DNA from: an uncultured Candidatus Saccharibacteria bacterium
Lineage (GTDB): Bacteria; Patescibacteriota; Minisyncoccia; Phycocordibacterales; UBA5272
DNA length: 64,000 nt
Assembly: GCA_964621595.1 (NCBI GenBank)
Contig: CAZUPO010000002.1
Location: 12,047 to 76,046, forward strand
Direction: 5' to 3'
Shown: positions 38,068 through 47,720 of the stretch, one piece after another
How positions within the stretch are numbered: the stretch's first letter is position 1
Layout: every line of letters begins with the position of its first letter
The notes under the pieces: model-generated
Databases searched by the model: none
What the model was told of the DNA's origin: nothing
Seen by the model: only the letters and a program-made list of their open reading frames with translations
Program-made: the position numbers and the translations under genes

Positions 38068-38772
38068 GTGTGCGAGTTTGTTTTTCATATATATATCTTG
38101 TCCATAGCCGATGGTGTTACTAACAACAAAGTAGAGGGCAATGGCTGAAGGGAAAAATGCGGACATAACTGTAGTAATAACCGGAAGAACGTAGAGAATT
38201 TGGATTCTCATTGATTTCATGAGTTGGTCCTGAAACGTTTCCTCGTGTGAGGCTTTCTTGGTAACCATGCTAGTGGTTTGCCTTCGGGCAAGCATAAATG
38301 AGGAGATTCCGGCGAGCACAGCCAAAATAATACTTTTTTGTGTCATATCAAAAAAACCAAACGCTAGTGTGTGTAGGGACTCTGGAAAAGATAGGAAGGT
38401 ATAGAGAGAGGTTGGGTCATTGTGCATCCCTTTGAAAAAAACTTGGTACAGCGCAATAATCACAGGAATTTGAAGTAGTGGACCAAGAATCCCTGCGAAT
38501 GGGTTGAGTTTTTCTTTTTTATAGAGATCCATCATTTTTTGAGATGCCTCTCTTGGATCCTTTTTCTGTAATTCTCGTATTTTTGCCATCTCTGGCTCTA
38601 ATCTCTTCATAAGATATTGGGTGCGAAGGGCAGAAATGTTAAGTGGGAGAAGAATAAACTTTACAACAAGGGTTACTATGATGATGGCAATCCCAATGTC
38701 GTGTAGAGGGGTATTAGAAAGAACAAAAACAAGGAGATTGTAAATTGGTTCGTAAAAAATAGTGTGGAACAT
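38053..38772 (-). CDS. yidC: Membrane protein insertase YidC
   Basis: GIAIIIVTLVVKFILLPL, LQIPVIIALY, ALYFVVSN; synteny with rnpA and rpmH. Confidence 0.93.
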   Translation of the reverse strand: MFHTIFYEPIYNLLVFVLSNTPLHDIGIAIIIVTLVVKFILLPLNISALRTQYLMKRLEPEMAKIRELQKKDPREASQKMMDLYKKEKLNPFAGILGPLLQIPVIIALYQVFFKGMHNDPTSLYTFLSFPESLHTLAFGFFDMTQKSIILAVLAGISSFMLARRQTTSMVTKKASHEETFQDQLMKSMRIQILYVLPVITTVMSAFFPSAIALYFVVSNTIGYGQDIYMKNKLAHLKPL

Positions 38773-38789
38773 GGAATTATATTTTTACT

Positions 38790-39095
38790 TTATGTAAGTT
38801 GATGTAACATTTCTTCTTTAACCTCTTTAAAATCTTTATGAAGAATGGTTTTTTTGGGGTAGATAATAAAAAATCCTGTTATTTTTGGTGTAACTCCTTC
38901 GAGTATAGAGTATACCCTTCTTTTTGCTTTATTACGAAGGACGGCTATTTTTATTTGTTTTTTTGATATAACACACGCAAATTTAGTATCTTTGTTAAAG
39001 GAGTGTGCTATATCAAACAACGACCCTCTAATAATTATTTTGGGTTTTATTCCTTTAAAATCTATTGTCGAGAGACGCTTCTTTTTTGGAAGCAT
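38790..39095 (-). CDS. rnpA: Ribonuclease P protein component
   Basis: MLPKKKRL, ISKK, AVLRNKAKRR. Confidence 0.9.
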   Translation of the reverse strand: MLPKKKRLSTIDFKGIKPKIIIRGSLFDIAHSFNKDTKFACVISKKQIKIAVLRNKAKRRVYSILEGVTPKITGFFIIYPKKTILHKDFKEVKEEMLHQLT

Positions 39096-39104
39096 GAGTG
39101 ATAT

Positions 39105-39239
39105 TTAGACGGAAAGTTTCTTGCGACCAGCACTTCTTCTGCGAGAAATAACCTTTTTTCCTCCCTTACTCTTCATACGAACACGAAAGCCGTGTGTTGT
39201 GGCTCTCTTTTTTCTTTTAGGTTTATATGTTACAGACAT
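39105..39239 (-). CDS. rpmH: 50S ribosomal protein L34 (missing from the ORF track)
   Basis: [44 protein letters not shown]. Confidence 0.95.
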   Translation of the reverse strand: MSVTYKPKRKKRATTHGFRVRMKSKGGKKVISRRRSAGRKKLSV

Positions 39240-39344
39240 GGGTATATTTTACACGATTTTGGGTGATAAATCAATATCTTTAAAACGGTGTACTGTGTGG
39301 GTCAAGTTGTGGCAATTTTTAGCACGTGTATACTACATACCATC

Positions 39345-40682
39345 ATGGACTACGGCCAACTCTGGAACAGCGCACTTTCTCAGATCGAACTAGAGCTTTC
39401 TCGTGTTAATTTTAACACCTGGTTTAAAAATACTCGTATTGTTGATTATAAGGATGGGGAGGTGACTATTGGGGTCCCTAATGAGTTCGTAAAGGATTGG
39501 CTTAATCAAAAATATCATAAATTTATTTTAAGAATACTTCGTACAATACACGAGGGTGTTCGCTCTGTTGTTTTTTCTGTTGTAAAACCAGAAAATTTAC
39601 AGAAGAAGTCTCAGCATATTGCCATCACCGGCCAAACACTTCCTCTACAAGATTTATACATTAATAAAGATGATGGATTAAATCCTCGATATACCTTTGA
39701 GAACTTTATTGTTGGTTCTTTTAATGAGGTTGCGTACGCATGTTCGCAGGCTGTTCTAAATGGTCTTGGTATTGTTTATAACCCTTTGTTTGTTTATGGA
39801 AAAACAGGGCTTGGAAAAACTCACCTTATGCAAGCAATTGGAAATACAGTGAAAAAGAAGCATCCTGATCGAAAGGTTTTTTATACTTCGCTTGAAAAGT
39901 TTTACATGGATTATGTAAATGCGACGAACCTAAATAAAATAAATAGTTTTAAGGAAAAATACCGTAAGTACGATGTTTTTATAATGGATGATATTCAGTT
40001 TATTAATGGTAAGGAAAGAACACAGGATGAACTTTTCCATTTATTTAATTCTCTTTATGAGATGAATAAGCAGATTGTTTTTTCTTCCGATGTTCATCCA
40101 AATCTTATTGTTGGGTTGGAGGACCGTTTACGCTCTCGCTTTAATCAGGGAATGATTGTTGATGTAAATATCCCATCCGTTGAGTCTCGACTTGCAATCC
40201 TTCAATCAAAGGCGAAGGATTTTCGAGAAAAAATACCCCTTGAGGTTCTTCAGTTTGTTGCGGATACTGTCCAGGGGAATATCCGTGAGTTGGAGGGTGT
40301 TATGAATTCAATTGTGAGTCATATTCAAATAAAACAGCAAGTTCTTACTCTTCCTGATATAAAAAATCTACTAAAGAATAGTGTTCGTGTGAAGAAAAGT
40401 ATTTCTATTCCTGAGATTGTTAAGATAATAGCGGATTATTATCACATCCCTGATGTATATATTTACAACAAAACACGCCGCAAAGATGTTGTAAAACCAC
40501 GCCAGATTGTTATGTATATCCTTCGCGAGGATTTTGATATTTCATATCCGATGATTGGGGACCGCTTAGGGGGACGAGATCACACAACAGTTATTCACTC
40601 GTATGAAAAAATTAAGAATATTTTAAAAACAAATCAACAACTAACTCGTGAGATCGAAGAAATTCGTGGAATGCTTGCTTAG
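39345..40682 (+). CDS. dnaA: Chromosomal replication initiator DnaA
   Basis: YNPLFVYGKTGLGKTHL, DDIQF, RLRSRF, NIRELEG, GRDHTTVIH. Confidence 0.97.
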   Translation: MDYGQLWNSALSQIELELSRVNFNTWFKNTRIVDYKDGEVTIGVPNEFVKDWLNQKYHKFILRILRTIHEGVRSVVFSVVKPENLQKKSQHIAITGQTLPLQDLYINKDDGLNPRYTFENFIVGSFNEVAYACSQAVLNGLGIVYNPLFVYGKTGLGKTHLMQAIGNTVKKKHPDRKVFYTSLEKFYMDYVNATNLNKINSFKEKYRKYDVFIMDDIQFINGKERTQDELFHLFNSLYEMNKQIVFSSDVHPNLIVGLEDRLRSRFNQGMIVDVNIPSVESRLAILQSKAKDFREKIPLEVLQFVADTVQGNIRELEGVMNSIVSHIQIKQQVLTLPDIKNLLKNSVRVKKSISIPEIVKIIADYYHIPDVYIYNKTRRKDVVKPRQIVMYILREDFDISYPMIGDRLGGRDHTTVIHSYEKIKNILKTNQQLTREIEEIRGMLA

Positions 40683-40906
40683 TGTGGATTACTTCTGTGT
40701 ATAATCTGGGGAATACGTTGGTGTAGTTTGTTTACTGTTTATATAGAGGTCTCTTTTTAAAACACTTATTAACAAACTCTCTTTGTTTTTTATATAAACA
40801 ACCATGTTAGTTTTTCTTTATTTATATTCAAAAATAAGGTTTTTTATACTTTTCCACCGATTCCACAGACCTATACTTAGTATTATATTTTATATATACT
40901 AAAGAC
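40683..40906. promoter_or_regulatory. Predicted replication origin oriC
   Basis: dnaA-dnaN spacer with DnaA boxes tgtggatta (40683), tgtgtataa (40696), ttattaaca, ttttccacc, gattccaca and AT-rich tracts. Confidence 0.75.
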
Positions 40907-41998
40907 ATGAAATTCGAATGTAAATCTGATGTGTTTATAAAAGCAGTTGCGCAAGTTTCTCGAGCACGTAGTAAACAACAATCCCAAAATTATTTACAAG
41001 ATATTAATATAAGTCTTGAGAATCACCTTCTTACTCTCCGAGCCACTAATTTAGAGTTGTTTTGTGAAAAAAGTATTCCAGTAAAGGGGATTGTTAATGG
41101 GCACTGTTTATTACAAGGGGAGACATTACTTAGAATTATCTCAACCCTTCAGAATATAAATTCATCTCTTGTATGTGCTGTGGAGGATGGTGTCTTTACT
41201 ATTACAACAGAACAGGGTGTTATAGAAATAAAAATTACTCCGCAGGAAGATTTTCCTACACTACCCCCACAAGGAGAGATACTCGGAGTTATTTCAAAAG
41301 AGAACCTCACAACCCTACTAAAAGAAGTTTCTTTTTGTGCTGCAACAACAGAAATAAAACCAGAAATATCCTCCGTATATCTATACACAAAAAATGACCT
41401 TATTTATAGTGTTTCTACGGACTCCTACCGCCTGGCGGAGAAAACGCTATCCAATGAAAAGGGGATAGAATTCTCAGTGCTTATACCACAAAAACACATA
41501 GGAGATATTCTTCAGATTATACAAGAGGAAAAAGAAGAACTAACTCTTTCCCTCTACGAGAGTATTTTTTCTATTAGTTCACCAAACCTTACCCTCTCCA
41601 TTCACACAATTACAGGACAGTTCCCAGATTATAAACAACTATTCCCGAAAGAATTTACAACAACAGTTACCCTCACAAAAGAAGAATTACAAAAAGCACT
41701 AACCCTCACCACATATTTTAACGAAACATATTCGCAGGTGGAGTGTGTATTTGCAAACGATAAATGTACCCTGCACAGCAGAAGTGAAGCAGTTGGACAA
41801 GTCACACACAGTATTAAAACTTCACACGTAGGTGAACCGATAGAAGTAAAATATAATAACAGATATTTCCTCGAGGTACTCCCGTACCTAAAAGGTGAAA
41901 CAATCACATGTATGTTTACCACCCCACAGAGACCTGTTTTTCTACAAAGCAAACAAGATGCGAGTTTTACCTACCTACTCATGCCCCTTACTAGGTAG
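40907..41998 (+). CDS. dnaN: DNA polymerase III beta clamp
   Basis: ATNLE, EDFP, STDSYRLAE, GQFPDYKQ, YLLMP. Confidence 0.95.
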   Translation: MKFECKSDVFIKAVAQVSRARSKQQSQNYLQDINISLENHLLTLRATNLELFCEKSIPVKGIVNGHCLLQGETLLRIISTLQNINSSLVCAVEDGVFTITTEQGVIEIKITPQEDFPTLPPQGEILGVISKENLTTLLKEVSFCAATTEIKPEISSVYLYTKNDLIYSVSTDSYRLAEKTLSNEKGIEFSVLIPQKHIGDILQIIQEEKEELTLSLYESIFSISSPNLTLSIHTITGQFPDYKQLFPKEFTTTVTLTKEELQKALTLTTYFNETYSQVECVFANDKCTLHSRSEAVGQVTHSIKTSHVGEPIEVKYNNRYFLEVLPYLKGETITCMFTTPQRPVFLQSKQDASFTYLLMPLTR

Positions 41999-42007
41999 GG
42001 TTGTTGT

Positions 42008-42241
42008 ATGGATGAGAAACTCTTCAGTAAATATAAAAAAGCGATCGAAGAACAAAAGAATACTAAGACAGAAATACTGGTGTATATAGAAACAACCACA
42101 GGAGTTGTTTTGGGAGAAGATGAAATTATCATCACAAAAAATACCATAAAGATCACAACTTCATCAGCCAAGCGAAGCAAACTCCTTCAAAAAAACATAT
42201 ACAAACATCTTAAAGATAAAAATATTTCAGTAACACTATAA
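42008..42241 (+). CDS. Small protein, possibly DciA/DUF721-like
   Basis: 77-aa ORF right after dnaN; position and alpha-beta pattern only. Confidence 0.45.
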   Translation: MDEKLFSKYKKAIEEQKNTKTEILVYIETTTGVVLGEDEIIITKNTIKITTSSAKRSKLLQKNIYKHLKDKNISVTL

Positions 42242-42247
42242 ACGCAC

Positions 42248-44401
42248 TTATTGAACTATAGTCGGAGGAATCTCAGTTGTAGTTGGGGCACCACACACAG
42301 AGTCGTTCTTTTGAATCCATCGCGCAATACCTGTTTCCCAGAGATCATATTGAGGGTCACTGCTTGGATTTTCTGGATAAGGGCCATTGGGATCTTGCTT
42401 TATGACAGATCGAAGAATTGTGTGAACTCCATCACTATCGCAGTAACTTCCTTTCAAAATTGGTTTTGTGGATAGGTTTGGAAGAGGTTCTGGAAAATAT
42501 TCTATAGAAGATGTTCCTATGGCTTCCACCATCGCTTTGTGCCAGATAGGGGCAAGCACAAACCCAGCAACCTTTTTATCGATCGGGGTATTATCATTGT
42601 TTCCGCCCCACATACCAACAACCACAGAAGGGGTATACCCAACTACCCAAACATCACGATAATCGTTTGTGGTGCCTGTTTTTACCGCAACAGGACGATT
42701 TTCGAAGTAGAGAGCAGAGTGTGATCCGTACGAAGGTACGCGAGCCCCTTCGTCGGACAGAACACTCGATATAAGTGATGTAACCGACTCAGGCAGCACT
42801 GGGGCCTCATCCGAAGAATATTTTTCTAAAAGATTTCCATCAACATCCCTCACCTCAAGAATCCCAACAGGCTTGTTATAAATGCCGTTGTTTGCAAAAA
42901 CCCCATAAGCATTGGTGAGTTCAAGAAGAGTTATTTCTCCACCACCAAGAACAAGAGACAGCCCATACCTATTTGGATCAGAAATAGTTGATAAACCCAT
43001 TTGTTGGGCAAGGTGAATTGCATTATCGAGCCCGGTTAGGTAAAGAGTTTTTACGGCGGGTATATTTAGCGACTGTGCGAGGGCGTTTCGTATTGTAATA
43101 GGGCCACGAAATTTATTGTCGTAATTTTCCGGCATATAACAGGCCTCTTTTTTGATCCCAGGCTTTGGATTACCATCCGCATCACAGAGCGCACTAAATT
43201 GTGTAGGAACGTCGAACAACACAGTTTCTGGTGTATATCCGAGATTAAATGCTGCCGCGTACACAATAGGTTTGAACGAAGATCCTGGTTGTCGCGCAGC
43301 TGTTGCGATGTTGAACTGGCCAGGAATTTCGGTGTCGAAAAAGTCACGGGAGCCAACAAGTGAAAGTATTTGTCCGGTTTTTGGATCAATCGCTACAAGT
43401 GCCGCGTTTTTTGCATTAAACTTCTTTGCATTTTCAAGTGCACCTTCTTTAACAATATCTTCTAGTTTCTGCTGAAGAGGATAGTCTATTGTGGAGACAA
43501 CTTTTAGTCCACCATTTTGAACAACATCTCTCCCATACTTCTCCTCTAGTTGCTCTCGAAGATACATGACAAAATGAAGAGCCTTCCCACTATTGGATTC
43601 ATTTTTTTCAAAAGCAACAACCTCTTTTTGAGAAGTTTCGCGCTCGGCTTTTGTTATGTAACCCAATTCATACATTTTATCTAGGACGAGATTTTTTCTC
43701 GCCTCAAGAGCATCACGATGTTTCCCGTACGGAGAATAGTATGTTGGAGATTGAGGGAGGGCTGCCAAGTACGCCGCTTCTGTTAAGGTGACCTCCTTCG
43801 CATGTTTCCCGAAGTACGCAAGTGATGCCTCCTCCACCCCATAAATAGTCCCACCGTACGGGCTTTCGTTTAAGTAAATTTGAAGTATTGAGTCTTTAGG
43901 CAACTGGTTGTCTAGTTTTAAAGAAAGAATAATCTCCTTTAGTTTTCGTGTAACAGTTTTTTCTCGCGACAGGAGGGCATTTTTTACAACTTGTTGAGTT
44001 ATTGTCGATCCACCCTGAGAAAATCCGCCAGAGGTAAGGTTGGCAACTGCCGCGCGTATAAATGACGTCGGACGGAACCCATTATGTTCGTAAAAGTGTG
44101 CGTCCTCGATCGATATTGTGGCCTGTTGAATGTATGGACTTATTTCAAAAAGAGGCACCTCGGTTCTCTTTATGTTGTCGTGAATGTTGTAGAGCACCAC
44201 CTTCCCAGTCCTATCATATATCTTTGTTGAGTTTGCAACAAAACGATTTTCGAAGTTGTTAAAATCTGGCAACTGAACTGTTGAAAGCCATGCGATAAAG
44301 AGGCCTGATGCCACCAAAACAGATGACAAACCAAGAAAAAATACTTCACGCAGAATCTTGCGCTTAATACGCGATTGTCTGACAGAATACGGAGAATGCA
44401 T
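42248..44401 (-). CDS. Class A penicillin-binding protein (PBP1A family)
   Basis: EDAHFYEH, GGSTITQQ, RKLKE, GSSFK, SLN, KTGT. Confidence 0.95.
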   Translation of the reverse strand: MHSPYSVRQSRIKRKILREVFFLGLSSVLVASGLFIAWLSTVQLPDFNNFENRFVANSTKIYDRTGKVVLYNIHDNIKRTEVPLFEISPYIQQATISIEDAHFYEHNGFRPTSFIRAAVANLTSGGFSQGGSTITQQVVKNALLSREKTVTRKLKEIILSLKLDNQLPKDSILQIYLNESPYGGTIYGVEEASLAYFGKHAKEVTLTEAAYLAALPQSPTYYSPYGKHRDALEARKNLVLDKMYELGYITKAERETSQKEVVAFEKNESNSGKALHFVMYLREQLEEKYGRDVVQNGGLKVVSTIDYPLQQKLEDIVKEGALENAKKFNAKNAALVAIDPKTGQILSLVGSRDFFDTEIPGQFNIATAARQPGSSFKPIVYAAAFNLGYTPETVLFDVPTQFSALCDADGNPKPGIKKEACYMPENYDNKFRGPITIRNALAQSLNIPAVKTLYLTGLDNAIHLAQQMGLSTISDPNRYGLSLVLGGGEITLLELTNAYGVFANNGIYNKPVGILEVRDVDGNLLEKYSSDEAPVLPESVTSLISSVLSDEGARVPSYGSHSALYFENRPVAVKTGTTNDYRDVWVVGYTPSVVVGMWGGNNDNTPIDKKVAGFVLAPIWHKAMVEAIGTSSIEYFPEPLPNLSTKPILKGSYCDSDGVHTILRSVIKQDPNGPYPENPSSDPQYDLWETGIARWIQKNDSVCGAPTTTEIPPTIVQ

Positions 44402-44458
44402 ATCAACTATAGTACCACAACCTTACCTTAGATCTCTGTGTATGGTAGGATTATATGT

Positions 44459-45679
44459 ATGGAAAAAATAATCACCGACGAGACAAAAATAGACGAACTT
44501 CTTACACGTGGGGTTGAAGACGTTATTGTAAAAGAAGATCTTAAGAAAGAACTTCTTTCTGGTCGCCAATTACGTATCAAACTCGGCATCGACCCAACGG
44601 GTGCCAAGATCCATATTGGTCGTGCCATCCCACTTCGCAAACTCCGCGAGTTTCAAAAACTAGGACACCAGGTTGTTCTCATTGTTGGTGACTTTACCGC
44701 ACAGGTTGGAGATGCTTCTGACAAGACAGAAAAGAGACCAATGCTTTCCCGTGCGCAGATTGACGAAAACTTAAAAGACTACAAAAGCCAAATATCAAAA
44801 ATACTAGACATCTCAAAAACCGAGTTTGTTTATAACAACGACTGGTTGTCTAAATTAACGTTCGGAGACCTGACCTCTCTCGCAGAGTGTTTTACTGTGC
44901 AACAAATGCTCGCTCGCCGAAATTTCAAAGATCGATACGACGCAGGAGTTGAGATATCTCTTCGTGAATTTTTATATCCAATTATGCAGGGATATGATTC
45001 CGTCGCCGTTAAAGCTGATGTTGAACTCGGTGGTTTCGATCAACTATTTAATCTAAAGGCGGGCCGTGTTATTCAGGAACATTTTGGTATGACAAAACAA
45101 AACATCATCACCTTCTCTATGCTCGAGGGAACCGATGGAAGAAAAATGTCTACAAGTTGGGGGAACATTATCTCAATTGTTGATGATAAAGATACTATGT
45201 TTGGGAAAGTGATGTCTCTCCACGATGATCTCATTATTAAATACTTCACCCTCTGTACAGATGTTTCACTCGAAGAGATACAAAAGATTGAAATAGCCCT
45301 TACTAAAGGAGAGAATCCAAAAGAACTCAAATTACGCCTGGCTAGTGAAATCGTGACCCTCTACCACAACGAAAAAGATGCCTCCCTTGCTAAGACAAAT
45401 TGGATCGAAACATTTTCGAAAGGGGGTCTTCCGGAAAACATACCAGAATGTGCAGGAACAAAAGACGAATTAATTGTTGATTTACTTATTGCAAAAGAGA
45501 TTGTTGCATCAAAAACAGAGTGGAGACGCCTTATCGAAGAGGGTGCTGTAACAGATGCCGACAATAATCCGATAACTGACCCTAAAGAAACTGTGCGAAA
45601 TGTTACTCTCCGTATTGGGAAAAAAAGGTTTGCAAAAATTATTATTACAGAAACAAAAGAGGGTACACAAAACAAGTAG
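44459..45679 (+). CDS. tyrS: Tyrosine--tRNA ligase
   Basis: GIDPTG, HIGR (HIGH variant), YPIMQGYD, GGFDQ, KMSTS, C-terminal S4-like domain. Confidence 0.95.
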   Translation: MEKIITDETKIDELLTRGVEDVIVKEDLKKELLSGRQLRIKLGIDPTGAKIHIGRAIPLRKLREFQKLGHQVVLIVGDFTAQVGDASDKTEKRPMLSRAQIDENLKDYKSQISKILDISKTEFVYNNDWLSKLTFGDLTSLAECFTVQQMLARRNFKDRYDAGVEISLREFLYPIMQGYDSVAVKADVELGGFDQLFNLKAGRVIQEHFGMTKQNIITFSMLEGTDGRKMSTSWGNIISIVDDKDTMFGKVMSLHDDLIIKYFTLCTDVSLEEIQKIEIALTKGENPKELKLRLASEIVTLYHNEKDASLAKTNWIETFSKGGLPENIPECAGTKDELIVDLLIAKEIVASKTEWRRLIEEGAVTDADNNPITDPKETVRNVTLRIGKKRFAKIIITETKEGTQNK

Positions 45680-45699
45680 TCCCTCAAAGGGTAAGTATT

Positions 45700-45879
45700 C
45701 TACCAGTACCCTTCGTCGTTTGCTTGAAAGGCAATATCTATTTCGTCCGCCGCCTCGTCCTCTTCACCAAAGAAAGTAACCACCTCCTCTTCCTCTACAA
45801 ACACCGCCTCATCAAACACCGCCTCGAGCGCATCTGGGTTTATTTCTACAGAACTTTTTGACTCCTCTTCTACTAGCAT
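45700..45879 (-). CDS. 59-aa highly acidic microprotein (missing from the ORF track)
   Basis: MLVEEESKSSVEINPDALEAVFDEAVFVEEEEVVTFFGEEDEAADEIDIAFQANDEGYW fills the tyrS-ruvC gap. Confidence 0.7.
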   Translation of the reverse strand: MLVEEESKSSVEINPDALEAVFDEAVFVEEEEVVTFFGEEDEAADEIDIAFQANDEGYW

Positions 45880-45955
45880 AATTGAATTATTGTAAGCAAA
45901 GATAACACTTTATCAAAAACCTTGCAAGAGGTGTGTAACTAAAAAAGAAAGAACA

Positions 45956-46462
45956 TTACAATAATTCAGAAATAATGGCCGTTTTGCGGTGTGCGCTGTG
46001 GGTAAGAGCAACTGCGAGCGCATCTAGTTCGTCATCGAGTGTTTTCTTTGGAAATGATGTTTTAAGGAGTTTTGGAACCATAAGAGCAACATCGTCTTTC
46101 GTCGCTTTCCCATATCCTGTCACCGCTACTTTTACTTGTGGAGGAGAGTATTCAAACACCCTCAAATTATTATGTGCTGCTAAAAAAAGACAAACACCAC
46201 GCACCTCTGCAACCCCAATTGCTGTTTTTTGGTTGGTGGTGAAGAAAAGATTTTCCATCGCCACCTCGTTTGGCCTGTAGCGCTCCAAGAGGACGGAGAG
46301 TTCATCCCCTAAATGAAGAAGACGCTTTTCGAAAGAATCCTTTCGATTTGTAACAAGACATGTAGAGAAGACCAAGGTCTCTTTCGAACCATCTTTATCT
46401 ATACACCCAACACCAAGTCGATCAAATCCGGGATCTATTCCTAGAATACGTACAGAGGCCAT
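45956..46462 (-). CDS. ruvC: Holliday junction resolvase RuvC
   Basis: ILGIDPG, ENLFF, VTGYGKATK, DDELDALA. Confidence 0.95.
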   Translation of the reverse strand: MASVRILGIDPGFDRLGVGCIDKDGSKETLVFSTCLVTNRKDSFEKRLLHLGDELSVLLERYRPNEVAMENLFFTTNQKTAIGVAEVRGVCLFLAAHNNLRVFEYSPPQVKVAVTGYGKATKDDVALMVPKLLKTSFPKKTLDDELDALAVALTHSAHRKTAIISELL

Positions 46463-46463
46463 T

Positions 46464-47447
46464 TTATTTTTTGAAATTAGTCATCGCACGCTCGGTTGCT
46501 TTTCGTCCGCGAGCAGTACGTTCAATCATGCCTATTTGTAATAGGTAGGGTTCGATCACATCTGAAATAGTGTCTTCCTCCTCTCCGGTTGCCGCCGAGA
46601 GAGTATTAACACCAACGGGCCCGCCGTTAAATGTATTAACGAGAGATTCGAGAATGAGTCTCTCCGGGGTTCCGATACCAAACTCATCTATTTCTAGAAG
46701 TGAGAGAGTAGCATTCACAACCTCCTTGTCTATTTCTGCCTTGTGTACTTGTGCGTAGTCGCGGGTGCGTTTCAAGTAGTAGTTGGCGATGCGTGGGGTG
46801 AAGCGCGATCTGCGCGCGATCTCCTCTGCTGCGTCATGGGGAATAGTTGTACCCAAAATTTTTGCACTATTTGAAACAATTGTCGCAATCTCTGCCTCCG
46901 AATAGTATTGTAAACGATATACACCGCCGGAAAAACGTGATCTAAGCGGAGAAGAAAGAAGAGATACGCGCGTTGTCGCACCGATTAGGGTAAATGGAGG
47001 AAGGTCGAGTTGTATTGTTCTTGCAGAGGGTCCCTTACCAATCACGATGTCTAACTTCCCAGACTCCATCGCAGGGTATAAGACCTCCTCGATCATTTTG
47101 TTTAAGCGGTGTATCTCATCAACAAAGAGAATATCACCCGGACTTAAGTTGGTGAGGATTGCCGCAAGGTCACCAACCTTCATGATTGCTGGTCCACTCG
47201 ATAGTTTTAAATTGGCGCCGAGTTCTTTTGCAATCAGGTGTGCGAGTGTTGTCTTCCCAAGTCCTGGTGGCCCATACAAAAGAATATGTTCCGGAGGTGT
47301 TTTGCGCTCCCTCGCCGCAGTTAAGAGGATGTGTAGGTTCTTTTTTATGACTTCTTGGCCGATATAATCTGCAAACGTATCGGGTCTCAGGGTGCTGTCG
47401 AGGTGACGACTCTCCTCGAGTTCAATTGTTTGCTTGTCGACGTTCAT
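46464..47447 (-). CDS. ruvB: Holliday junction helicase RuvB
   Basis: LRP, GPPGLGKTT, DEIHRL, GATTR, PLRSRF, GGPVG, EPYL. Confidence 0.96.
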   Translation of the reverse strand: MNVDKQTIELEESRHLDSTLRPDTFADYIGQEVIKKNLHILLTAARERKTPPEHILLYGPPGLGKTTLAHLIAKELGANLKLSSGPAIMKVGDLAAILTNLSPGDILFVDEIHRLNKMIEEVLYPAMESGKLDIVIGKGPSARTIQLDLPPFTLIGATTRVSLLSSPLRSRFSGGVYRLQYYSEAEIATIVSNSAKILGTTIPHDAAEEIARRSRFTPRIANYYLKRTRDYAQVHKAEIDKEVVNATLSLLEIDEFGIGTPERLILESLVNTFNGGPVGVNTLSAATGEEEDTISDVIEPYLLQIGMIERTARGRKATERAMTNFKK

Positions 47448-47469
47448 AAATAGGGGGAGGAGGGGATAT

Positions 47470-47497
47470 TTGACAAAAAATTATAGTATGATATAAT
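47470..47497 (+). promoter_or_regulatory. Consensus sigma70 promoter facing a non-coding region
   Basis: TTGACA-16-TATAAT with TG extension. Confidence 0.7.
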
Positions 47498-47503
47498 GGT
47501 CCA

Positions 47504-47715
47504 CATACACAGAGGTTTGTGAAGTTGCTAGCAGTATCTGTACGGTTCGTTTGACAAAACCTATACATCTCTAAACAATCGGGAGTTTCTCTCATCTTCC
47601 ATGACGAAGGACGGTCTGGTCGCACTTTGTTTGCGTACTGTGCCTATCCTTACGAAGGATTATTCTTCACCAAGGGGTTGCTTAGAGATGTATGGGTTTT
47701 TGTTTTGTCTAAAAA
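47504..47715 (+). ncRNA. Candidate 6S-like rod-shaped ncRNA
   Basis: Strong promoter; long terminal stem 47553-47580 pairing with 47676-47709 using G-U pairs; internal aagga/tcctt and cgca/tgcg stems; no convincing ORF. Confidence 0.5.
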
Positions 47716-47720
47716 CGTAT

